Positions 51,235 through 62,479 of a DNA stretch of 64,000 nucleotides are shown piece by piece (positions within the stretch are counted from its first letter, which is position 1; each line of letters starts with the position of its first letter). Both the position numbers and the translations under genes were made by a program. The stretch is from Lama guanicoe (Eukaryota): NCBI GenBank assembly GCA_013239625.1, contig MU054220.1:3473374-3537373 (forward strand), read 5' to 3'. The notes under the pieces are model-generated. The model did not search any database. It was not told the origin of the DNA and was given only the letters and a program-made list of their open reading frames with translations.

Positions 51235-51630
51235 CTGTATCAGTCAGGACAGGCTAGGTTATGCTGCAGTAACAAACAACTCCTAAATCTCAGTGGTTTC
51301 AAACAACAAAGGCTTAGATATCACTTATGCTGCATGTCTATCGTGGGACAGCAAGAGGCTCCACTCAGGTAGTGACACAGGGACCCAGGACAGCAGAAGC
51401 AGCCACCACCTGACCTCTTGCAGCTGCCATGCCACAGGAAAAAAAAGCACTCAGGAGGGTCCCACACTAGCAGCTAAATGCTTTAGTCTAGAAGTGACAG
51501 GTGTCACTGTAGTTCACAACTCACTGGCCAGCCACATGGCCCCACCCAACACAAGGGGACCTAGATTCAATCCTACATGTGCCTGGGTGAACTGGAAATA
51601 TTTAGGGGATAGCATTAAGGACCACTAGAC
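51235..51630 (-). mobile_element. MaLR LTR (MLT1J/K-like)
   Basis: tgtatcagtcaggacaggctaggttatgctgcagtaacaaacaactcctaaatctcagtgg; gaagtgaca..gtcact..cacaactcactggcca. Confidence 0.75.
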
Positions 51631-54017
51631 ACTCGCCCACTCCATCTTGCCCTTCCCCAACCTTAACTCACTCATTAGATCACAACTCTCTCAGTATTCC
51701 AGAAGGAGAGACCAGCATGTGCAGGGGAGAACACGGAAGACAGAGAGATCTATGGGAGGGTGGGAGATGAGGCCAAGGAAGGGGCAGGGGCCAGATCATT
51801 CAGAGGCTTCTAGGTCATGGTAACAATTTGGTTCTTTATTCCAAAAGCACTGGAAAGACTTTTCAGTAGTTTTCAGCAGGAAATGGGGGATCTGATGTGA
51901 TCGTCTTTGGAACAGATCACTCTGACTGCCATCCTGAGACTGGCGTGGACGGGAGGTGACAGGTGGACAGTTAGGAAGTGCCACTGTTGTCCTCGGGAGA
52001 AACAGTGGTGGCTTGACTAAGATGCTGGGGAAGAGAAGATGGAGAGACGTGGACCCATTCAGTGTATAGGCTAAAGTTCCCTAGACCTGGAGACGCACTG
52101 GATTAAGGTGAGGGAACGGAGACACCAAGGTTTCTGCCTTAAGGACTAATAGGTTGGTGGCAGCCTTAGCCAAGATGAAAGCCTTGAAGGAGGCTTCCCC
52201 CTTAAGGGAGGAAGATAATGGGCCAGCCTTGGACCCCGTGCATCGGTCATGAGATAGCCAAGGGAGTAGGCCAAGGAGGTGGCTGAATAAGCAGGAATGA
52301 CTCCTGACTCCTTAGTCCAGTGACCTTTACTTCCTTCATACTTGCCAATAACTTAGAACTCGGGAAACCTTGCCCCCCTCTCCACGCTCCCCACCAACTT
52401 AAGTCCAGGTGATGAAAGATTCAGATGATAGAAGTCTTCCTTGACACCAAGGAGAATAAATTTATGAAACGCATCAATCCAAAGGGTCTAGAGGACTGAA
52501 TTGTTAACTCAAGTCAGTAGAGCACACAAGTGATGGCTGAACAAGGGCTCCAGGGCCAGGTGAGAGGAGTCCCTCATCTTTAAGAATGCTACTAGGGAAG
52601 GAAACTTAGATCCTGCCCCAGCTGCAACTTCAAGGCCCCCGTCAGTTTAGAACTGAATGGACCTGGGTGGGGTTTGTCGGGCAATTCTGATATTCCCAGG
52701 AGAGTGTGTTCTGCAATAATCCCCGGGAGAACAACACTTCTTAAATCGTGCATCGGGCCGGGGGCTAGGCATGTTCTCTGTGTTAACTCATTTAATCTCA
52801 CAACTGCCTGGCGAGGCAGGCCTTGTTGTCTCCATTTCAGGGACAGAGAAGCAAGGTCCAGGGAGGTCAAAGGTAACCATGCCAAGCCCGAAGTCCTATA
52901 CTAGCATGAAGGGGAGGAAGGACTCCAGTGGTGAAGCCCCTTTTCACTTAACTAAAGCAACTGGCCTGGGCTCTATTCCCAGAAGGGAAGGTTTACAGAC
53001 ACGTGCCCACACAGCACTCTGCTTGCCTGCCTCTGAGAGCTGGTGAACGAAAATCGTGCCCCTCTCCCCATGAAAGGAGACACAGCCTGTTACTTCTGCC
53101 CCATGGACCACACACCCCAGCACTTTCCTTCCTCTCAAGGGGAAATGTGGGCAGAGGCCAGGGCATCATGCTCCACGGAAAATTCTTTTGCCCCAGCGCA
53201 GACAAACCCCCCACTTTTAGGGTTTCCAGGCATCAAGAGCAATCTCTCATTATTGCCTCCTGTCCCCACACAAAGAACTGGGTGTGTTTAGTTTCGACCG
53301 CTCTAAATTATACACCACAGCCCTTCTCCACATGAAGCAAACGTCTAAGAAAGAAAAGAGGTTTAACATTTTTCTCCCCTAAGTCTCAGCCCATCCCAGG
53401 GGTCTTAAGCCCCAATCGCCCAACCCGGTACAAGACAGAAGCAACTTTTCAACCTGCACCGCTCAGCGCTCAAGACATTTGTATTCTCCTTGCAGTCACT
53501 TGCCTAGGGCGTGCTGGTCTTGACCGGAGAAAGGTCATTGGCCGCTAAGTTCCTGCAGAGGAGAGTACCTTGGGGATTGCGAGTTGGGGGATGGAGGCGA
53601 CACTCCAGAGAGATTTCCCGGAGTCTACACCGCAACTAAGATGGAAAACGTATTAAGAAACGGTCTCCGGCGCAGCCACGTTTAGCGGGAAATCGTGCGC
53701 CGCCTTGGAAGAGTCCCCACTGCACCCCGCAGGACCCGAGCCCCCCACCTCACCCCGCTAGGCGCCGAGCCCAAAGTGCCCCCGAGAACTAGGCCAGCAG
53801 CGGCAGCGAGCCCTCCAGCATTTGGCGCCCCGCCCCGCCAGTGTCACCGCGTTCTCATTCCGAACGCTCGGCCCGGGCCGCCGCTCCCATTGGTCGGCGT
53901 CCACGTCAGTCAGCGGGCGGTACGTCCGCGCAGAGAAAAGGCTACATTGTAACAAGGCGAGCGAGCGAGCAGCAAGCGGGGAGGAAGGAGGCGGAGGGGC
54001 GGCCCCCGAATCCCGCA

Positions 54018-54040
54018 GCGGCGGCGGCGGCGGCGGCGGC
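54018..54040. repeat. (GCG)7 repeat in promoter CpG island
   Basis: Directly visible. Confidence 0.9.
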
Positions 54041-54268
54041 AGCTACCTGCCGAGGGTTAACCCACCTCGGGGCCGGGGCGAGCCGCCCCACTGGCCCGCG
54101 CCCGAGACGCCCCGATTCCCTGCTCCGCCCGCGATGGTCCCTCGGCTGCCCGCCACCCCTACAGCCGCTCGCAGCCCTGCACCGGCGGCCCCCGCGCGCG
54201 CTGGCAAACTGCCGAGCGCTTTCCGAAGCCATTTTCAATGGCCACATTGGCTACCGGGGCTGACTCAC

Positions 54269-54490
54269 CTTCCCGGGAATGCTGGGCCAGCCGCGGGGCC
54301 CGGGCGACGCGGGCGGCCCGGCGGGCGGCTCGGCGGAGGCGGCGCGGCCCCGGCTGGCGGCCCCCGCGGCGGGAGCGGCCGCGCTGCGGGCGCGCTGGTC
54401 CCCGGCGAGGCAAAGTTTCAGCGCCAGCCTCGGCGCGGCGGCGGCGGCGACTCGCTGCTGCTCTCCTCCCCTGCTTTGACCACCATCTTA
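54269..54490 (-). other. PRDM11: Probable non-coding first exon of PRDM11 (5' boundary/TSS uncertain)
   Basis: Consensus donor AAG|GTGAGT at 54268 inside the large CpG island, in the gene's orientation. The start-codon exon begins at a splice acceptor, so an upstream exon is required. Confidence 0.65.
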
Positions 54491-55008
54491 TTAGTACAGG
54501 AAATGACATGGAAAACGGAAGAAAGCGGCGTTTGGGGCAGACGCGGACCCCCCAATTCAGGGGCCGGAGCCGGGACTCACCAGCCGCGTCCCAACCCGGC
54601 CCCGGAGAAAACTCCCGGGGCCCCTTCGGCCCCCGCCCCGCGCCCTGCCCGNNNNNNNNNNNNNNNNNNNNNNNNNNNNNNNNNNNNNNNNNNNNNNNNN
54701 GCGGCCCCGGCTGGCGGCCCCGGCGGCGGGAGCGGCCGCGCTGCGGGCGCGCTGGTCCCCGGCGAGGCAAAGTTTCAGCGCCAGCCTCGGCGCGGCGGCG
54801 GCGGCGACTCGCTGCTGCTCTCCTCCCCTGCTTTGACCACCATCTTATTAGTACAGGAAATGACATGGAAAACGGAAGAAAGCGGCGTTTGGGGCAGACG
54901 CGGACCCCCCAATTCAGGGGCCGGAGCCGGGACTCACCAGCCGCGTCCCAACCCGGCCCCGGAGAAAACTCCCGGGGCCCCTTCGGCCCCCGCCCCGCGC
55001 CCTGCCCG
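54344..55008. repeat. 308-bp direct repeat (54344-54651 and 54701-55008) flanking a 49-N gap; likely unmerged contig overlap
   Basis: Copies identical except for one C/G near the start of copy 2; copy 1 ends and copy 2 begins exactly at the gap. Confidence 0.93.
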
Positions 55009-58000
55009 GAGAGGGGAACCTGGCTCCTCGAACCCAAAAGGAAAGGGCGACTTTTATAATCCAACCCGCGGAGAAATCGAGAAAAAAAATAATAAATGAA
55101 AAGAGAAAAGGTTAAAAGAACTTTCGAACTGGGACACTTCTTTTTTTGATCGGAATTAAAAGTTCTAGAATTTTAGAAAGTCACTCCTTGGTGGGGGCTC
55201 CCTGAGTCCCCCGGTCCCACTGCTGTCCGTTTTGAAACAGATCGTCAGGGGAATAAATGCGTTTACATTTTTAACCCTTTCTTGGCTCTGCCGTCCCGCA
55301 GCAGGCCCCCTCCTGGTCCCGTTTAACCCTTTGAATGCCCAGCTGTTTGGAGATACAAACTAAAGTTGCAAAATAGAGGCATCCCGCTGAAAGCCGAGGG
55401 CAAGGGGCTTGGGGGGGTTCCTTTAAATGTTAACTATTTACGTGGGACTGCGGTTTTAAAGTCGCCAACCACACGTGTCCTTCAAATCGAAATTTGTTAC
55501 AGGGAATGAGATTCTGAGACCCGGACGGGCTGGTCCCTGACTGCCTTGGAAAAGAGGTTTAAGGCACTCTCTGTTCCTCAGTTTCTCCATCTGTGAAATG
55601 GGACTCGACAGTGCAGCGTAACAAAGTAATGAGGAAAAGATGGGGCAGAATTCTCATAAAGGCAAAGTGCTTAAAAGCTTGAAAGGCTTCCTTCCGCGCC
55701 TAGAAAACGGACGGATTGTGATGGAGAAGGGAACACCGCGGGATGGCGTAACCAAGACAACCATTCCCAAAATAACCGTTTTCTTCTGGCGTTGTCTGCA
55801 AGGCGTGTGGCTGAACTGGGAGATCTCTCCTGTCATGGAAAGCTCTGCTGCGCTGGCTCGAAAACGGGAGCCTTAACCTCTAGTGAGAAGTTGCCGGGAG
55901 GGATTTGATTCCAGAACCGCACCTGGGTGGGGCGCTGTCCAGTGAGGGGTGGCAAGCCCCCAAAACGTCCATAGAAACCCTGAATGCTGACACAGGCGGC
56001 CTCCAGTGGATACCACCCTGGGGAGACTTCCTTCTACGGAATGGAGTTCCCTGTCAATTTCACTGCTGCCTTGGGGGAGCCTGGGCCCCAGATGGCAGCC
56101 ATGGTCAGGACTCAGGACTTTTCCAGCTCTTGGAGTCTGAATGTTGGGGGTTGGAGGGAGAAGCACTGTGTGTACCGTATCATTTGTTTTACTTGTTTTG
56201 GCATCACAAACACAGCTTCTTGGAATCACACGTCTTGTTACTTGCTGTGTGATCTTAAGTAAATGGCTTCCCTTCTCTGAGCCTCAGTTTCCTTATCTGC
56301 AGAGTGCGGCACATTAATAACTCATGTTGCTGGTTCTGTGTGAGAAAGCATGAGAATATTTAAGAGCCCAGCACCAGACTGTTCACAGTAGATGCTCAAG
56401 TAACAGTAATTAATGCCATAATTATATAACTTTCGATACAACTGTAAAAGTTTCCCGAGGGTCTAACTGCTACATGCCAGGCAGAGTATTGGGTCCTGGG
56501 GAGTACCAAGATTAGACATGGTCCTTCCATGAGGTCTTGGTCTGGCCAGGAGATGGAAGCACTCACGGCTATCTCAAATGAGTTGAGTAGTCAGTGCACA
56601 CCGAGCTGTGCTAAGCTTCATGCTGGAGGTCAGGTGCTTGGGCAGGGAGGGGAAACTGAAGAGGACTCTGAAGAGGAGCCACTTATTCCTTTGGAGGAGT
56701 AGGATTCACCACGGAAATGATGTCAGAGGTGGGCCATGAGAGGAGTTTGGAATTTCCACCAGTGGTAGGATGGCATTCCAGAAAGGCGAACAGTGCTAGC
56801 AAAGACCTGGAGGTCTCAAAATGCCCAGGGTGTGTGACATATGGCCAGCTGTGACTGGAGAGGAGAGTAGGTGGGGCAGAGAAACTGGAGATGAGGCTAG
56901 AAAGACAAATGGATAAAGAGAGAACGTGGTCACAGCCTCCAAAAAGCAAAAAGATCTTTAAGAAAATGAGCTGGTAAGTGAGGCAAGGAGAGAATTTTTC
57001 TGTGTGGTGCTGGTTTTCTATTTAAATTTCCCCATGCATTTGGCCCAATCTGGCCTCTCTCTGCCAGGAACAGTTGGTCTTCAGTCTGTAACCCTGTAGC
57101 GGGGCTGGGTGCTCAGGCATTGCAGGCCAGGAGGCTTCAAGCAACCCAGTTGGGGAGCGCAGAGACGCTGCGTGGTTCAGAGACCTAGGTGTGAGGTCCG
57201 GCCTGCTGCATCATGCTGTGGAAACTGTGGCACATGACTCCTCCTGCCTAGGCTTCAGCTTCTTCCTGTGTGACACAAAGAATTTGGACCAGGGCTCCCA
57301 CATTCTGCCCTCAAGAAGCTGCCCTATAGCCACGTAATCAAGACCAAGGCACAGGAAGGAATCTGGAACACAGCTCGCCAAGTTGCTGGAACTATCTCAG
57401 AAGGGAGCCCAAGGCAGCCCAAGGGCTGGCACAGGTGCTCTGGGTCAGTGAGCAGAAAGTGGCCCCAGGGCCCGAAAGTAATCACCACAGACAAGTGGTC
57501 TGGACAAGGCAGGTCTTGTGAGGCTGTGCCTCAGCTTCCCTCTGTGGGTTGAGGTGGGAGCTCCATTCAAATCCCATGAGAACTAGTTGGGGTTGGGGCG
57601 GCAAAGGGGATTGAAGTGAACAAAGTACAGGACACACATTTTCAGGGACCTTACCATTTGACTCTCTCAATAATAAAAGCAGACATCATCATTACTGTTT
57701 TTACAAACAGGGAAACCATGCTCAGTGAGGTTAAGAAACTTACTCGAGGCCACACAGCTAGTTAGAGATAGGATGAGATTCATACCCAGGTCTGCCTGAC
57801 TCCACAGCTCAGTATCTTCCACTCTTGGACAATTCTTGTTTATCATCTTTCTCCACAATGCAACTTTTCAGCCTAAGAGTTGGTAAAATATTTCCCTGGT
57901 TTCTCCCTTACACGGTGATAGCTGACAGGAACTTTGTGATGGAAGGTCAGGGACTTTATGACCTCCCCCTACCAAAAATGTACTAACAATCCCAGTCCCC

Positions 58001-59627
58001 TTCAGGTCCCTGTGAGGATACTGAGATGCTTTCAGTGAATGAAGTTCAGCTCTTTGGAAGGAAAAGCCAATCTGAGGCCTTTCTCACCTACTGATAATAA
58101 TGATACCCAAGCAAAGCAAATAGGACAATGAGCTGCAAGTTAAGTGCCCCCGAATCACTGGAGATTCACTTCCCACATTTGCTGTAAAACAAGGACAAGT
58201 GTTTATTGCATCAATAATGACCCTTCTGAAAGCGTTGAGGGATAAATTTCTTTCAGGATTTAGTGCCTGAAAAAAACAAACTAAAAACCAACTGCATTTC
58301 CCCTGAGGAACTGGCAAGCATCTCCCTTGCTAATAAGAAGAGCTCCGTAACTGATCAGGTTTCCCTTTTTACACATGCTGCCAGGAAGCTCAGAGCCAAA
58401 TTCCACTCCTAGTCCCAACAACTTTGGCAGTTGCTTCCGCCTCATTCCTCCCTTTCCCACTTGTAATCCTACTGAGTCAGCTTTGTTTTCTCTGCCTTTT
58501 ATTAGAAATGCCCCCCCTTTAATGGCCAGAAATAAATATTTCAAATAAATCCACATTTGGAAGAGTTGATGAAGGGACCTGGATTCCGTGGGGCTTGTGT
58601 TAAGCCAGGCACAGTTCTGTTCTGGTCTTGTCTTGTCCAATCGCCCAACAGCTGAGGGATTCCTCTCTTGGAAGGAAGGAGGGCCTGGCTTAAGACCAAG
58701 GGATTCCTCGCCCAGCTGCCGACAACGGCTAAGATCAGATGCCCTGGTTCAGATCATCATGGCTATTTTTTGGTTCTACTGACAAACAGTTTGCCTCCCT
58801 CCTGCCAGCTCCCAGGAAGCACAAACCACTTTCCTCTACCCATACCCCCTGCCAAATATCCCCCATGAGCCCCGCCTGTTGAAACTGGGCAGGAATAGGC
58901 TCCTCTTTTCTCAGAAGCCTCTGCCACTTACCAGCTGTTTACTTACCACGTGCTCAGCAAGGGGAGGTGATTAGGGTGGAGGTCGGGGTTAGTAGGGTGG
59001 GCATGAAAGAGCAAGTTTAAAACTTTAGGACAGGGAAGGCCTCTTGAAGGAGGTGGCATTTCAGTGGGAGTCTTGATAGAGGTGAAGGAGCCCGCCCCAC
59101 CCAGAGTTGAGTAGAGGACTTCCTCAGCAGGGGACACAGCCCGTGCAAAGGCCCTGAAGCGGGAGCTAGCCAGGCTTGCTGTATGGAGTGGCCTAAGGCC
59201 AGCGTGCAGAGTATGGTGTGGAAGGGGAGAGAGGGAAGGCGAGGAGAAGGAGGAGAGAGTGGACCTGGGCCGTGCTTTTCCATTGTTGGGATTTATTTGA
59301 ACATCAGTGGAAGCCATTGATGCTTTACAACTGGGGAGAGGCAGGACCCGATTTATGTTTCCACACAATCACCTCGGTGGCCATAGCTACTAACGTTGAC
59401 CAAGTGCCAGGTGAGTGGGTAGCCATGTTCACAAACCATCTTATTTGACTATCCCCCCATTAGAGATGAGGTTGATGTGGACATGTCTATTTTTCTGGCT
59501 GTCCCGCATCTGACTTCCCTTCCAGTGACTGGGGAAAGTCCCACCTTCCAAGTCTTGGGAAGAAGCAGGATGTGCCCACCCCCATGCCCACTAGGAGTCT
59601 GAAAGCACTAAAAGCTCCCTTTCCTAG

Positions 59628-59991
59628 TGCTATAGATTGAATGTTTGTGTCCCCTTCCCACCCAGATTCACGTGTTGAAACTTAATCCCCAATGTGATAG
59701 TATTTGGATGAGACTTTGCGGAGTGCTTAGGTCATGAAGGTGGGGCCCTTGTGAATGAGATTAGTGCCCTTACAAAAGAGACTCCAGAGAGCTCCCTCGA
59801 CCCTTCCACCATAAGAGGACACAGAGAGAAGACAGTTGTCTGTGAACCAGGAAGAAAGCTCTCACTAGACACAATCCGCCAGTGCCTTGATCTTGGACTT
59901 CCAGCCTCCATGACATTGAGAAATAATTTTCTGTTGTTTACAAGCCTCCAGTATATGGTATTTTTTTTTATAGCAACTGAAAGGTAAGGCA
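59628..59991 (+). mobile_element. MLT1A0-like solo LTR
   Basis: tgctatagattgaatgtttgtgtcccc ... ccttgatcttggacttccagcctcca ... taaggca. Confidence 0.88.
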
Positions 59992-60345
59992 CAGACACAT
60001 GATGGAGACTCAGCCAATTAGATGCATTCCCTCACCTTTGAATTGGGAGCTAGTGACACTTCAAGACATGGACCATGGACAGTCCTTTCTGGTGAGAGTG
60101 AGCGTGCAGTACAGTCAGTTATCAGGGGCAAGAATGCCAGTAGATGTATGCAGCAGAGCTGCGGGGCTGGTGGGGCAAACTATGATGCCTGCTGGTCAGT
60201 AATGGGCCTCAATACACTTGGTTCTGTGGCATGCATGATCTTGGCAGTGGCTTTGCCTCTGTCTACCCCACACTTGGTTCTCCAACCTTCCAGATGGTCA
60301 TGAGCTACCTGATCTTTCAGTATGTTCCTCTTCTGCTTAAAACAA

Positions 60346-60930
60346 TGTACTAGTTATCAATTGCTGCATAACAAATGACCCCAAAAACCTAGCAGCTAAA
60401 GACAATAAACATCTCTTATCTCACAGTTTCTGAGAATCAGGAGTCCTGGGAGAAACTGAGCTGGGTGGTTCTGACTCAGAAGCTCTCAGGAGGTTACAGC
60501 CAAGTTATCAGCTGGGGCTACAATCATCTGAAGGCTTGCCTGGGGCTGGAGAATCCACTTCCAGAATCTCTCATGTGAAGGATAACCAACCATCCAAGTT
60601 TCCCTGGGCCTGAGAGGGGATTCCCAGGAGAGGGGGCTTTCAGCTTTAAAACCAGGTGGGTTCCAGGCAAACCAGGGTGTGTTGGTTGCCGTGTTCCTGT
60701 GGTTGTTGAAAAGAGCCCTTAAATCCTTGATGTAGGCCTTTCAGTAGGACTGCTCTCAGTCTACCATCTAGTGAATGATCAGTGTGGGGGTACGGTGGGG
60801 AGAGAGAGGGGAAGAAGAAAGCTGTAGTCTTTTATAACCTAATCTCAGAAACACATACCATCCCTTCTGCTGTAGTTTAATTGGCAACACAGACCAACCT
60901 TGGTACCAGGAGGAAGGATTATTTGGGTCA
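60346..60930 (-). mobile_element. MLT1E/F-like LTR containing MER94
   Basis: tgtactagttatcaattgctgcataacaaatgacccc..cttatctcacagtttctg..tcatctgaaggcttgcctggggctggagaatccacttcca. Confidence 0.75.
60579..60692. mobile_element. MER94-like hAT-Blackjack MITE
   Basis: aggataaccaaccatccaagttt..ggctttcagctttaaaacc..ccaggcaaaccaggg..gttggt inverted ends. Confidence 0.65.
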
Positions 60931-62479
60931 TCTTGGAAGCTGATAACCAAAATCACTAAAGTAATTTCTGTTGCTTGCAACATTAAGACCTAAGAAATCA
61001 TGTATCTTGTAGACAATCACACAACTGTTCTCCAGAACTCTTAACCATATATATAGCCAGAAGACTACATATGACACCCCCCAGCTCTCAGATGAGTGCC
61101 AATTGTACAGCTTGCCTTGTAAACCACCCTTGGTCATAGACAGGGCCCTAGTGGACTGGTAAAATCAGAGAGGTTGGAACCATCAGTTTGAGTGCTGGTT
61201 GTGGAGTATTGCTTCCAAACTTGAGAGTCTGGGCAACTCCCTCCATTTCGGGGACCTCGGTGGTGGAACTGATGGCTTCTACAGATCCTCTTTCTAAGTC
61301 TCAGACTCCTTATCTGTAAATTGGGTTGGGAATGTTGGATCCAATCATCATTCAAAAGATGAAATGTGTGTGGTGCTTTTCTTCCTGTCCATTAGGGATT
61401 GGAAAGGAGGGAGAGATGAAGGTTGAGGCATTATAGAGGCTATTTTCCTAGTCCCAGGAAACTCTGGGATGAGACTCCTAAAAGCCGCACATTCCTAAAC
61501 CTACAGGACCCCATGCAGGTAGGGGAGAAGTTTCAGGACTGCAGGGTAAAAGCGCATTAAAACACATTTCAGCACCAGGAAAAAAGGATTGCCTAAGAAG
61601 CGAAGCCGCTCACCCCCCACCCCTTGACACAAAAGGGGCTGCCAGTGCAAATGGTGAGCTTTCTTAGTGGAGGTATATAAGCCAGGGTGGGGGGCTCTTC
61701 TGTAGATAATTTACACCTAGGTCAGATGTTAGGTTTGGCGAGCTCCAAAGTCCCCATCATAGGTGTGTATTCTTGACTCTAGGAATAGTGGGGCCACATT
61801 GCTAGGTCATGGGCACTGTTGTGAAGACAGAACTCTGGGCCAGGAGTCAAGAGATGTGGGTTCTAGTGCTCATCCCTGCTCTTTGGCCTCTGGGGGACTA
61901 CGGTCAGGTCCTCCATCTGCTCAGAGCTTTAAGTCTCACACTCTGTAAAACGAGGGACCATTTCCACATGCCACCGCTGTTGGAAGACTTTTCGTTGATC
62001 CTCAAGAATGAAAACCATAAAGCAAGGGACATTGTTTTCATAAAGCTAAATCCATTCAACTTGAAGGACGATCTTTCATTCTGAGTGTTGATATGTTCCC
62101 TATTATTTTGGAATTTAAATGTTCGTTCTTTTATGACTGGGTGGTAACAGCATCTATACAAGATGGAGTTAGTTTTATGGGCTTTTTCCCTTATTGGGCA
62201 AAATAAAAAGTTGAGAAACGTATAGTAAGTAGTTCCCTCAATTATTTTGGAATGGATATTAGTATATGAAATTAGGAAAGATGGGAATCATTCCAAACAA
62301 CCTCCAACATTGTTTCCCCCTCTTTCCCTTCCTTCTTTCATCAAGTCACTCATCTGTCCATTCAATCCAAAAACATTTATTGAAGCACCCCCGCATACCA
62401 GAGGAAGCCACTTCCCACACAGAGTTCCAGGGCCCCGAGGAAGACCAACATAGAGACATGTAAACAAATGGACATTTAG

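Larger units (their letters stand above)
53560..55100. promoter_or_regulatory. Major CpG island, probable PRDM11 promoter
   Basis: Very high GC and CpG density; GC boxes, ATTGG, CACGTCA, YY1-like CCATTTT and CCATCTT, ETS-like CAGGAAAT. Confidence 0.9.

Noticed and set aside
53822..55099. Long ORFs (425, 301, 273 aa) over the promoter island
   Set aside because: GC-rich low-complexity frames, inflated by the N gap and false duplication; no recognisable domain.
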